From a virus (Duplodnaviria; Caudoviricetes), in the IMG/VR virus record IMGVR_UViG_3300002307_000174, positions 1 to 29,506 of that record: a stretch of 29,506 nt of DNA, one strand, 5' to 3'. Each line of letters begins with the position of its first letter. Within the stretch, counting starts at the first letter, position 1. Below, in pieces: positions 8,088 to 16,715 of the stretch. The notes under the pieces are model-generated. The model ran no database searches. It saw only the letters and a program-made list of their open reading frames with translations, and was not told the DNA's origin. Position numbers and translations under genes: made by a program.

Positions 8088-8763
8088 TACCGGATTCAGT
8101 TGTGAATTCTGTAATAGGCAGTTTCAAAAAGAAACTACTATGATGAATCACCTATGCGAGCATAAGCGTAGGTGGCAGGATAAGGATATGCCAGGCAATC
8201 GCATAGGATTTCAATCTTGGCTTAGTTTCTATAAAAAAAATACGACGACTAAGAAGCCACGCACTTATATAGACTTCAGCAAAAGTGCATATTATATCGC
8301 GTTTGTCAAGTTCGGTCATTATTGCGTGAATATCAAATGCTTGAACGTCAATCAATACGCTGACTGGCTTCTGAAAAATCAAATCAAGATTGATAGCTGG
8401 TGCAGTGATGTGAACTACACTAAGTTTCTGATTGACTATCTAAAGGTTGAAGATCCACTAGACGCTATCGCCCGTAGTATTGAGAATACGATTGAACTAG
8501 CAAAAGAAGCAGGAATTGAGAGCAAAGACTGTCTGCGATATGCTAATCGTAATAGACTATGCTACATGATCACTTCTGGCAAAATCAGTCCATGGATGCT
8601 ATTTCAGAGCGAGAGTGGAATCAATCTAATTGAAGATTTGGATGAATCTCAGCAAAAAATGATCATAGACTATATCAATCCTGAGCAGTGGGCTATTCGT
8701 TTCAAGCGAAATGGTAATGTGGTTGGACAGGTAAAAGAACTGCTAGCACAAGCAGGGTATTGA
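8032..8763 (+). CDS. N-terminal zinc-finger protein (start uncertain)
   Basis: CEFCNRQFQKETTMMNHLCEH (C2H2/C2HC-like). Confidence 0.7.
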   Translation: MALLQTKTLKTTKKIAVINTGFSCEFCNRQFQKETTMMNHLCEHKRRWQDKDMPGNRIGFQSWLSFYKKNTTTKKPRTYIDFSKSAYYIAFVKFGHYCVNIKCLNVNQYADWLLKNQIKIDSWCSDVNYTKFLIDYLKVEDPLDAIARSIENTIELAKEAGIESKDCLRYANRNRLCYMITSGKISPWMLFQSESGINLIEDLDESQQKMIIDYINPEQWAIRFKRNGNVVGQVKELLAQAGY

Positions 8764-8764
8764 T

Positions 8765-8992
8765 ATGTTAGGTATCATCATTGAATTTATAGGCAGGCGG
8801 TTCAGCCTAGATGACTACCGAAATTTTGAGAAATGTATACCATGGCTTCCTAAAAGGTGTTGCTTATCCAATAAACTGTTGTGGCTGAAACCTTGCTATA
8901 GGGCGAAGTATGTAATTAATAAACCGCCTTTTGGAGAATACTTCATCTGGATAGACGAACGTGAACTAATCGTATACCGATTGAATGAATAA
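8765..8992 (+). CDS. small hypothetical protein (shared C-terminal motif family)
   Basis: Tightly packed ORF; ends WIDERELIVYRLNE. Confidence 0.6.
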   Translation: MLGIIIEFIGRRFSLDDYRNFEKCIPWLPKRCCLSNKLLWLKPCYRAKYVINKPPFGEYFIWIDERELIVYRLNE

Positions 8993-9255
8993 TGCATAAC
9001 CAGCATTACGACGGGCGAGTAGGCTGGGCCGAAACTAATCCAGGTTGGCATGAAGTAATAGTTCATTACCATACTGATGATTGGGTTTATACTCAAAAAA
9101 AACATATTGAAATCTTAACTTGGTTATACAAAAATATAGATAAATGCGAACGACACTGTAGATGGTGTAGTGTACTGGGAATTACACCGGGAACTACAAG
9201 AGTAAAATTCAGATATGAGAGAGATTACATATGGTTCAAACTAACTTGGGGTTGA
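8992..9255 (+). CDS. small hypothetical protein (shared C-terminal motif family)
   Basis: TAATG overlap; ends FRYERDYIWFKLTWG. Confidence 0.7.
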   Translation: MHNQHYDGRVGWAETNPGWHEVIVHYHTDDWVYTQKKHIEILTWLYKNIDKCERHCRWCSVLGITPGTTRVKFRYERDYIWFKLTWG

Positions 9256-9257
9256 AT

Positions 9258-9506
9258 ATGCAATACGACGACACAGAAGAACTCCACCTAAGGGTCAAAA
9301 AGCTGCTATGGGAAAAGGATGTTTGGGTAGAAAAGATGTTTTTTAGAATACAACCTCCCGATGGTTCAGGAGGAAGAATTTCTAGGATGGAACAGTGGTG
9401 TAGAGAACGATACGGAGCACCTGTACTTCACGGACCATGGTTCAAAGCATCATCATACCTCATCATGGATGAAAAAACTTATGTTTTCTGGAAGTTATGT
9501 GAGTAA
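9258..9506 (+). CDS. small hypothetical protein (shared C-terminal motif family)
   Basis: ATG 9258 just after the previous stop; ends IMDEKTYVFWKLCE. Confidence 0.7.
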   Translation: MQYDDTEELHLRVKKLLWEKDVWVEKMFFRIQPPDGSGGRISRMEQWCRERYGAPVLHGPWFKASSYLIMDEKTYVFWKLCE

Positions 9507-9514
9507 AGACATCA

Positions 9515-9742
9515 GTGATCTGGGCTAGCGAGGTAAACGGTTGGGGTAAGTTCTATAATCCTTTCAGTCTAATGAACGGGGTCACAATCATGCCAATAGA
9601 ATACATAGATAAATTTAAAGAAACTTATCCAGGAAAATACTCGCTAACGACAGGCATCAATCCCGACCATCATATGATTGAAAGTTATTTAGAATTTGAG
9701 AACCCAGAAGAAGAGACACTTTTTAGATTGAAATACCTATGA
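9515..9742 (+). CDS. small hypothetical protein (shared C-terminal motif family)
   Basis: GTG start; ends FENPEEETLFRLKYL. Confidence 0.65.
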   Translation: MIWASEVNGWGKFYNPFSLMNGVTIMPIEYIDKFKETYPGKYSLTTGINPDHHMIESYLEFENPEEETLFRLKYL

Positions 9743-9748
9743 AAAAGC

Positions 9749-9777
9749 TTGACATCTCGGTAAAAGGTTGATATATT
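9749..9777 (+). promoter_or_regulatory. sigma70 promoter, probably leaderless
   Basis: TTGACA, 17 nt, TGa-TATATT (9772-9777); ATG 6 nt downstream at 9784. Confidence 0.8.
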
Positions 9778-9783
9778 CACATA

Positions 9784-10086
9784 ATGGTAAAAGTTGGTAA
9801 AGAGTTTGGTGGCGACATTGATCCTGACGATCCGGACATCAAGTTCCGTAAAGAACGATGGAATTACTGGGAAGCACTTAGAGACATTCGTGCTGAATAT
9901 CTGGCATCACTGGGACATACTGACGACAAACCCGTCACGATACTTACAAATAATCCCTACATGTTCAGTGACTACATTGAATCCAAATATGGTATCAGAA
10001 TGGGGTTTGTCAACGGAAATATCACAGACAAGTATGACATCGTTGACGAACAGAAATATCTAATCTTTTTATTGAAATGGAAATGA
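9784..10086 (+). CDS. small hypothetical protein (shared C-terminal motif family)
   Basis: Ends IVDEQKYLIFLLKWK. Confidence 0.75.
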   Translation: MVKVGKEFGGDIDPDDPDIKFRKERWNYWEALRDIRAEYLASLGHTDDKPVTILTNNPYMFSDYIESKYGIRMGFVNGNITDKYDIVDEQKYLIFLLKWK

Positions 10087-10869
10087 GGTTAATATTGGTT
10101 TAAAAAAGTTATTTGATGCTAGTTTACATTTATCGCCGTGCCACTTAATATAGTTTGCCTTGTCAGTCTTTTTCCCGCAATTACCGCACTTAACTAGAGT
10201 TACTGTTCTTTTTCCCAAACCCGGAATCCACCCGTCATTGACAAGTTTTTCAAACTCATTAGGTCCCACATTTAATCTAGTTCCTTTACCGTCATGCACC
10301 CATTTTTTTCCGGTGTTCGCCTCTTTTATTTTTCTTGCTTTTTCGGGGCTACAGGGAGGTTGTTTGTATGCAGTTGGGTCAACGGCCTGCCTTCTAGCTC
10401 GTCCTTCCTTCATTTTAGCTTTTTCTTCTTCGGTTCTAAGGATTCCTTTGTTCCAAGTAGGTTTGCCCCTCTTCGCAGCAGAAATATTAGCCTTCCATTC
10501 GGGAGTAAAGGAATTGCTGGTTCGCTTGAACTTATCATATAGACGCAATGTTAATTTACTTTTATATAGAGGAGTTCTCGTCATATAATACACTGCACAT
10601 TCCATTTTAGTTTTTGCTAGTCCTGTAGTTATATTAACTAATAATATATGACATAACAAATGTTCTTTGTGGGTAAGATATGTAATATTACTTGGGTTGT
10701 TTGGGTTACCTTCTAACCAACCGGGGTTTTTAGGATTTCTAGTTCGGTTGATAAAACAACATTCAGGTATAATATGATGTTTTACAAAACCTTTTGATTT
10801 ACCTCGGGCTTGTCCCCGTAATACGAGATCCATATATATTTTGTAATATTTGTTTTCTATAAATAACAT
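10069..10869 (-). mobile_element. free-standing HNH homing endonuclease with NUMOD3-like DNA-binding segments
   Basis: HHIIP...N...LTHKEHLLCH nuclease core; FTPEWKANISAAKRGK / RTEEEKAKMK repeats; C-terminal CGNCG..WHGDKC; AT-rich; opposite strand to its neighbours. Confidence 0.85.
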
Positions 10870-10876
10870 TGCTGAT

Positions 10877-10935
10877 TGCTCCTATATAGCATTAGGGTGA
10901 GTGGGGACGGCAATCCCGCGACTCACACTTATTTA
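10877..10935 (-). promoter_or_regulatory. TAAATA late-type promoter and hairpin leader of the HNH gene
   Basis: Minus strand: TAAATA (10930-10935), then GTGAGT-cgcGGGAttgccgTCCCc-ACTCAC stem-loop, then TGCT-atatagg-AGCA covering the GGAG RBS. Confidence 0.55.
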
Positions 10936-10951
10936 TCTTTTACCTTTTCTA

Positions 10952-10980
10952 TTGACTATTCAGTGAATTACTGCTATTAT
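10952..10980 (+). promoter_or_regulatory. sigma70 promoter
   Basis: TTGACT, 17 nt, TGc-TATTAT; followed by the AAGGAG RBS of 11007. Confidence 0.75.
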
Positions 10981-11006
10981 AGTTTTAACATTAAGGAGAT
11001 AATTTT

Positions 11007-11555
11007 ATGGCTACTCACATTATGCTGGATTTTGAAACTCTTGCCACTTCTCCTGATACAGTGATCCTCACCATCGGTGCAGTGATCTTTGACCCTAAGG
11101 GACAAGGTGTCGTAGAGCGACTAGAACTCCGCCCAACGATTGATGAACAGACTGATGTTTATGGTCGCACGATCAGCGATGACACACTGAGTTGGTGGAG
11201 TAATCAGAGTCCAGAAGCGATTGAAGAAGCAATGGGTGATCGTGATCGTATTCCCTTCAAGGAATGCATGGAGAAACTCGCTAAGTTCTGCTGGAATCGC
11301 GGTGCGGTATGGTCACATGGTGCTATCTTTGACATCATGATTGCTGAGTCTTCGTTCCGTCAGCTTGGTATAAACACCCCTTGGCGGTTTTGGAATGTTC
11401 GTGATACTCGCACACTCTATGATATGACCGGAGTCAGTCTCAAAGATGATGGGCATGTCACGACTCACAAAGCAGTAGAAGATGCTGAACGCCAGGCTAT
11501 CATCGTTCAGCGGGCTTACATGAAGTTGATGAAGGCTGGGTTAACTCCTAAATGA
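11007..11555 (+). CDS. DEDDh (DnaQ-superfamily) 3'-5' exonuclease, DexA/Rv2179c-like
   Basis: ExoI MLDFETL, ExoII WSHGAIFD, RDTRT, ExoIII HKAVEDA. Confidence 0.85.
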   Translation: MATHIMLDFETLATSPDTVILTIGAVIFDPKGQGVVERLELRPTIDEQTDVYGRTISDDTLSWWSNQSPEAIEEAMGDRDRIPFKECMEKLAKFCWNRGAVWSHGAIFDIMIAESSFRQLGINTPWRFWNVRDTRTLYDMTGVSLKDDGHVTTHKAVEDAERQAIIVQRAYMKLMKAGLTPK

Positions 11556-12127
11556 GAATTGATTCGGACATTGATATAGACGTAGGTGATCGTGACAGTG
11601 TTCTATCATTGATCAGGCATATCCACGCATCTATGCGTAATGTGAATCCCGTTCGGAGACACCCATCTGGGTTCTATATCACTGATATTCCCTATGATCC
11701 TGTGATGGATATGGCAGCGATTGATTATGCCGAGGCAGAGGCCCGCGGGTATTTCAAGATAGATTTGCTCAATGTCTTCGTTTACTCGTTAGTCAAGGAT
11801 GAAGCACATCTTGAACGATTGATGCAGGAACCAGACTGGGCTATGCTGAATGACAGAAAGATCGTTGAGCAACTCATTCACTTAGGTAATCATTACAATT
11901 CTATACAGAAGATGCCTGAGCCTATAAATAGTATCCCTAGACTAGCGATGTTTCTCGCATCAATACGGCCATCAAAGAAACATCTTATCGGTAAGACCTG
12001 GAAAGAAATCAGTAAAACAATCTGGGATAAAGATATTGCTGGTTATCAATTCAAGAAAAGTCATGCTATTGCCTACGCACAGTTAGTGGTTGTCCATCTT
12101 AACCTTTTAAGAGAGAACGCACGATGA
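11552..12127 (+). CDS. miniature DnaE (DNA polymerase III alpha / family C)-like protein
   Basis: Ordered DnaE motifs: SDIDID, RHPSG, GYFKIDLL, LASIRP, GYQFKKSHAIAYA in only 191 aa. Confidence 0.8.
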   Translation: MRIDSDIDIDVGDRDSVLSLIRHIHASMRNVNPVRRHPSGFYITDIPYDPVMDMAAIDYAEAEARGYFKIDLLNVFVYSLVKDEAHLERLMQEPDWAMLNDRKIVEQLIHLGNHYNSIQKMPEPINSIPRLAMFLASIRPSKKHLIGKTWKEISKTIWDKDIAGYQFKKSHAIAYAQLVVVHLNLLRENAR

Positions 12128-12381
12128 AGATAATTCATGTTAACCGACAGCATATCGCGATGAATGCTAAGGATGGTAAGAATCGTCCCGTCTACACGAT
12201 CAAGGATAAAGGGCGTGTTAGGTATGCTCGTGAAGTGATCATCAATGGTCCAAGCAGACTAGTATACAACGGTAACCAGTTGAGTTGCGGTGCTAGAGCT
12301 TGGATTGAAACTAGCAGTGACGTTGAACTCATTGATGAGATGACATTTAGAGAGTCTAGAATGGAATACATTGATGAGTAG
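12124..12381 (+). CDS. hypothetical protein
   Basis: ATGA overlap with mini-DnaE; MKIIHVNRQHI...LSCGARAWIET. Confidence 0.75.
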   Translation: MKIIHVNRQHIAMNAKDGKNRPVYTIKDKGRVRYAREVIINGPSRLVYNGNQLSCGARAWIETSSDVELIDEMTFRESRMEYIDE

Positions 12382-12553
12382 TGAATCAAAATTTAGATAT
12401 AAAATAGTGGATACAGCTACTCTAACGGGAGATACTAAATATATAGATTTGTTAAACGATGTGGTCAATTCAAATTTGTTTAGTGATGGCGATCCCGTAT
12501 TAATTTGGATAAACGAAGAAGACCTTCGCTGGCTTACGCTCACATATCAATAG
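12374..12553 (+). CDS. small hypothetical protein (shared C-terminal motif family)
   Basis: Ends IWINEEDLRWLTLTYQ. Confidence 0.6.
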   Translation: MSSESKFRYKIVDTATLTGDTKYIDLLNDVVNSNLFSDGDPVLIWINEEDLRWLTLTYQ

Positions 12554-12561
12554 AGGAAATT

Positions 12562-13062
12562 ATGTTAGAACTACTTAAAGAAAATGACCCGCAGTTATTA
12601 GAAGTTTCTGAACCATGGGACTTTGAAGACGATGGTGACCCTGCACAGTTGGTGCATGACATGGTTGAACTCTTAGGGAGGCATGGCGGTGTGGGACTTG
12701 CTGCACCGCAATGCGGAGTCAAGAAGCGTCTCTTTCTTATGGGAGTGCCTGAAAACTTTACCGTGTGTATCAATCCCATGATTGTCTCTATCTCCGACGA
12801 ACGAGTCATGGACCTTGAAGGTTGTTTGAGTTTTCCTGAGCTATGGATGAAGGTCAAGAGACCCGCAGGAGTAGTAGTCAGATACCAAGATGTGACTGGA
12901 AAAGAGATAGAAGACACTCTGATGGGATTGCAGTCTCGTGTTTTCCTTCATGAGTATGATCATCTCATTGGAATAACTTTTGATCAACGAGTTGGTGACC
13001 TTACATTGAAAATGGCTAAGGACAAGAGGAAAAAGTTTCTGAAGGGTTTGCCTAAACTCTAA
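12562..13062 (+). CDS. def: peptide deformylase
   Basis: GVGLAAPQ, EGCLS and HEYDHLIG motifs; ATG 12562 after GAGG RBS. Confidence 0.95.
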   Translation: MLELLKENDPQLLEVSEPWDFEDDGDPAQLVHDMVELLGRHGGVGLAAPQCGVKKRLFLMGVPENFTVCINPMIVSISDERVMDLEGCLSFPELWMKVKRPAGVVVRYQDVTGKEIEDTLMGLQSRVFLHEYDHLIGITFDQRVGDLTLKMAKDKRKKFLKGLPKL

Positions 13063-13439
13063 GGCATTCTTTTTACTAGGGTGATGCTACGGCGTTTTGA
13101 TCGTTTCTTAGTGAAGTCAGACATGCATACTACTGGACCATGAACTATCTGCAAACTCTTGTTGTTGAATGTTCTGATGTATGGTCTGAACATATTCCAT
13201 TCATCCTTTAAAAATAGGTTAATAGGAATAGTTCTATTGGATTCCCACCACCATACATCTCCTAGTTCTAAAAATTTAGCTTTGAGATCAGCTTGAACTA
13301 TCGCTCCGTAATCGTAAAGAGTTGTCACCATATCATCACGATTCTGAATTATACCTACATAATCCTGAGAGGCATAGGAACATACCGTGATAAACGGGTG
13401 GGCTTCAGTGAGTTTCTTGAAAAAATCAATTGCGTCCAT
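13059..13439 (-). CDS. hypothetical phage protein
   Basis: 126-aa ORF; TAAATA 6 nt upstream of the ATG; WWWESNRTIPINLFL motif. Confidence 0.8.
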   Translation of the reverse strand: MDAIDFFKKLTEAHPFITVCSYASQDYVGIIQNRDDMVTTLYDYGAIVQADLKAKFLELGDVWWWESNRTIPINLFLKDEWNMFRPYIRTFNNKSLQIVHGPVVCMSDFTKKRSKRRSITLVKRMP

Positions 13440-13445
13440 TGTATA

Positions 13446-13498
13446 TATTTACTCAAGGAAGCCCAAACTTAATATTTTAATATTTTAAAGACTAAATA
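13446..13498. promoter_or_regulatory. divergent pair of TAAATA late-type promoters
   Basis: TAAATA on minus (13446-13451) and on plus (13493-13498) in an AT-rich intergenic region. Confidence 0.65.
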
Positions 13499-13520
13499 TA
13501 TGTGTTGATAGGGATAATAG

Positions 13521-14291
13521 ATGTCTTACGCTACTCAAGTTTTTGTTTACACGCAACGTCAAATTGTTATCCTCCAATCAGGATTTTCAGGGAGAATTTA
13601 TTTGCCACAGTATGCCCGACCACTAACACTCAATCGGGGTGTAGATAACCAGATTATTTTTCAGTTCCTGAACAATGAACAGAAGCCTATTGATATTACC
13701 GGAGCACAGATCACTTGCAGGGTCATCAGCTATGATGGTAACGTCACTTTACTCTCTACCTATCTCAATCCTGGACTTACGTTAAACGGATTTGCTACCC
13801 TTGATCTAACAGCCGCTGATCTTGCTGGCATAGAACCACAGAAGTGCTACTATTCATTGCAGATTCCGGTTGGGTCAGCCAACTACCCTGTGTTCGTAAA
13901 CCAGAATGCAGGAGCTAGGGGTGAAATGAATATCGTTGATTCAATACTTCCTTCCTTCGTGCCCTCGGCAAATGTCACGATTCCAACTGGTCAAGCGTTC
14001 CCTAATATAAATCCTGAATACAGTCCAGCAAACGGTTACATCTATTACACTAGCGTCATTGACACGAACAGCAACCCTGTACTGACTATCCAGGCATCAT
14101 ATGATCAGTTCTACGGTAACGTAATCATTGAAGGATCAACTCAGCCTGATGTAGACTGGTATCCTATTCTAACCAATACATACGATAATGTCAGTGCTAC
14201 CCTAGGCTATGTAGTTGAAGGGTTTCATCCTTTTGTAAGAATGGAATTTGACAGCAACTCAGGTGCGGTCCTAAATATTCTATCTAGGTAA
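13521..14291 (+). CDS. putative virion structural protein
   Basis: Beta-rich S/T/N/V/I composition; late-type promoter upstream. Confidence 0.6.
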   Translation: MSYATQVFVYTQRQIVILQSGFSGRIYLPQYARPLTLNRGVDNQIIFQFLNNEQKPIDITGAQITCRVISYDGNVTLLSTYLNPGLTLNGFATLDLTAADLAGIEPQKCYYSLQIPVGSANYPVFVNQNAGARGEMNIVDSILPSFVPSANVTIPTGQAFPNINPEYSPANGYIYYTSVIDTNSNPVLTIQASYDQFYGNVIIEGSTQPDVDWYPILTNTYDNVSATLGYVVEGFHPFVRMEFDSNSGAVLNILSR

Positions 14292-14300
14292 CCTATTTAC

Positions 14301-14328
14301 TTGATTTTTATATCAGGTCTGTTACAGT
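14301..14328 (+). promoter_or_regulatory. extended -10 sigma70 promoter, probably leaderless
   Basis: TTGATT, 16 nt, TGt-TACAGT (14323-14328); ATG 6 nt downstream at 14335. Confidence 0.55.
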
Positions 14329-14334
14329 AGAGTT

Positions 14335-15309
14335 ATGTTTGATATCCTAACGGTTATTCCAGGTAAAAAGAAAACGACAGCGAGTGGCTGGATAAGCTTC
14401 AATGCTCCGTGTTGCCATTACAATGGGCATAAATCGGATCGTCGTGGACGAGGCGGCATAAAGACTGACGGTACTAACTGGAGCTATCATTGCTTCAACT
14501 GCGACTTTAAATGTGGGTTCATGCTAGGTAAAACCTTAACTGGAAACACTAAGAAGTTGTTGAATTGGTGTGGCATGGATGAACAGGACATAACCAAATG
14601 GAATCTCTATAGCCTACAGCATAAGGATCTACTGGATTTAACAAGGGTAAAGAAGAAAAAAAAGAAGGTAACGTTTGATGAAGTAGGTCTCCCTGAAAAA
14701 ATGGAACCTATAAATTCGGATGCCCCTAGACATAGACCATACGTAGAATATCTCAACAAGAGGGGACTGTCAGTAGACGAGTATCCCTTCATGGTAACTC
14801 CTGATGGTGAAGGCAGGGATGCTAATAGGATCATCATTCCGTTTACACATGAAAACAAGATAGTTGGCTACACTAGCAGGTATACAGACAATCGTATTCC
14901 TAAATTCATTACTCATCAACAGCCAGGATTCCTCTTTGGATATGATCTACAGAAGCCTGATTGGGAGGTGTGTCTAGTATTTGAAGGTATCTTTGATGCG
15001 TTGAGCTTGAGTGGATGTGCATTGACTACGAATACGATAAGCGAAGCACACGCTGATGCATTGCGTAATCTACAGCGAAAGATAATCATAGTACCTGATC
15101 ATGATAAGCCAGGATTATCTATATGTGATCAAGCACTTGAATTAGGATTCCACATCTCTATTCCAGATTGGTCTCCGGAAATAAAAGATGCCAATGATGC
15201 GATTATAAAGTATGGGAGACTACCGACGCTACTAAGTATACTACAATCAGCGACAAACAGTAAGATCAAAATTCAGATGACGAGGACAAAGCTTGATAAA
15301 AGAATATAA
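14335..15309 (+). CDS. DNA primase (DnaG/T4 gp61-like)
   Basis: Zn-binding region PCC...YHCFNC; TOPRIM FEGIFDALS, PDHD, KDAND. Confidence 0.9.
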   Translation: MFDILTVIPGKKKTTASGWISFNAPCCHYNGHKSDRRGRGGIKTDGTNWSYHCFNCDFKCGFMLGKTLTGNTKKLLNWCGMDEQDITKWNLYSLQHKDLLDLTRVKKKKKKVTFDEVGLPEKMEPINSDAPRHRPYVEYLNKRGLSVDEYPFMVTPDGEGRDANRIIIPFTHENKIVGYTSRYTDNRIPKFITHQQPGFLFGYDLQKPDWEVCLVFEGIFDALSLSGCALTTNTISEAHADALRNLQRKIIIVPDHDKPGLSICDQALELGFHISIPDWSPEIKDANDAIIKYGRLPTLLSILQSATNSKIKIQMTRTKLDKRI

Positions 15310-16699
15310 TAGAGACATCCAAGAGCTATTTCTTCGGATGATCGTGACCAATGCTGAACTCTATACTAGAGTCACGAATATCTTTAATCCTGAGAACTTT
15401 GATCGCACACTCAGACCTGTAGCGGAACTGATAGTAGAACATACTCAGAAGTATAGTATTATGCCTGATCATACGCAGATCAAGGCAGTCACTGGTGAGG
15501 AAATCCTACAGGTTGAAGAACTCACTGATGGGCATTATGATTGGTTTCTAGAAGAGTTTGAGTCTTTCACTAAGAGACAAGAACTTGAACGGGCAATCAT
15601 GAAAGCAGCAGACCTGCTTGAGAAGGGTGACTTTGATCCAGTTGAGAAATTGATCAAAGACGCAGTGCAGATCAGTCTCCAGCGTGACATGGGAACTGAT
15701 TATTTCTTCAATCCTAAAGAACGATTGAACAAGTATTTTAATCAGGGCGGACAAGTGTCTACAGGCTGGCCCCAGCTTGATCGTGTCATGTATGGTGGCA
15801 TGAGTCGCGGAGAACTGAATATCTTCGCTGGTGGATCGGGTTCTGGTAAGTCTCTAGTCATGATGAACATAGCCTTAAACTGGCTACAACAAGGCCTGAG
15901 CGGCGTTTACATCACTCTTGAACTCTCCGAAGAACTGACCTCTCTGCGGACTGATGCGATGCTCACGAACATGAGCACCAAAGACATTCGCAAGAACCTA
16001 GACGATGCTGAACTCAAGGTCAAGATGGCTGGCAAAAAGATGGGTCAGTATCGTGTCAAAGGTCTCCCGGCACAGTCAAACGTGAATGTCATCCGTGCAT
16101 ATATCAAAGAAGTGCAGATTCAGACTGGTATCAGGATTGACTTTGTGATGATTGACTATCTTGATCTCGTCATGCCGGTCGGGATCAAAGTGAATCCTAG
16201 TGATCAGTTTATCAAGGACAAGTATGTCTCAGAAGAATTGCGTAATCTTGCGAAAGAACTAGGTGTGTTGATGATCACTGCGTCTCAGTTGAATCGTAGT
16301 GCGGTTGAAGAGATTGAGTTTGATCATAGTCACATCGCAGGCGGCATCTCAAAGATCAATACTGCTGACTATGTGTTCGGTATCTTTACTTCTAGGTCTA
16401 TGCGTGAGCGAGGTAAGTATCAGATTCAGTGCATGAAGTCTCGTAGTTCCACTGGTGTTGGTATGAAGATTGATCTAGAGTATAATATAGAAACTATGCG
16501 GATCACTGATGAAGGTTCTGATGAAGATGATAAAGAAACTCAATCCCCTAGCTCTATCATGGAGAGGATCAAGACTACAAGTCACGTAGGTTCTGCTAAT
16601 GATATGGTGCATGACACTATAGATAATACTGAAAAACGAATCGTTGCAGATGTTCAGAGTGCTAAATTGAAGACCCTGTTGAACTCATTAAAGAAATAA
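15293..16699 (+). CDS. replicative DnaB-like helicase (T4 gp41-like)
   Basis: Walker A GGSGSGKS, ITLELSE, IDYLD, ASQLNR, KSR motifs; follows the primase. Confidence 0.9.
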   Translation: MIKEYNRDIQELFLRMIVTNAELYTRVTNIFNPENFDRTLRPVAELIVEHTQKYSIMPDHTQIKAVTGEEILQVEELTDGHYDWFLEEFESFTKRQELERAIMKAADLLEKGDFDPVEKLIKDAVQISLQRDMGTDYFFNPKERLNKYFNQGGQVSTGWPQLDRVMYGGMSRGELNIFAGGSGSGKSLVMMNIALNWLQQGLSGVYITLELSEELTSLRTDAMLTNMSTKDIRKNLDDAELKVKMAGKKMGQYRVKGLPAQSNVNVIRAYIKEVQIQTGIRIDFVMIDYLDLVMPVGIKVNPSDQFIKDKYVSEELRNLAKELGVLMITASQLNRSAVEEIEFDHSHIAGGISKINTADYVFGIFTSRSMRERGKYQIQCMKSRSSTGVGMKIDLEYNIETMRITDEGSDEDDKETQSPSSIMERIKTTSHVGSANDMVHDTIDNTEKRIVADVQSAKLKTLLNSLKK

Positions 16700-16715
16700 T
16701 TTTAAGTTTTTTGAC

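Noticed and set aside
10897-10926. tRNA gene in the GC-rich intergenic patch
   Set aside because: Too short, with no cloverleaf or T-loop consensus; treated as a leader hairpin.
11552-12127. dnaE pseudogene, or intron/intein-split fragment
   Set aside because: The ORF is intact and coupled at both ends, motifs from distant parts of DnaE are joined in frame, and no flanking dnaE remnants or intron/intein signatures are visible.
14294-14299. Minus-strand TAAATA pointing antisense into 13521..14291
   Set aside because: No gene downstream in that orientation; plausible by chance in AT-rich DNA.
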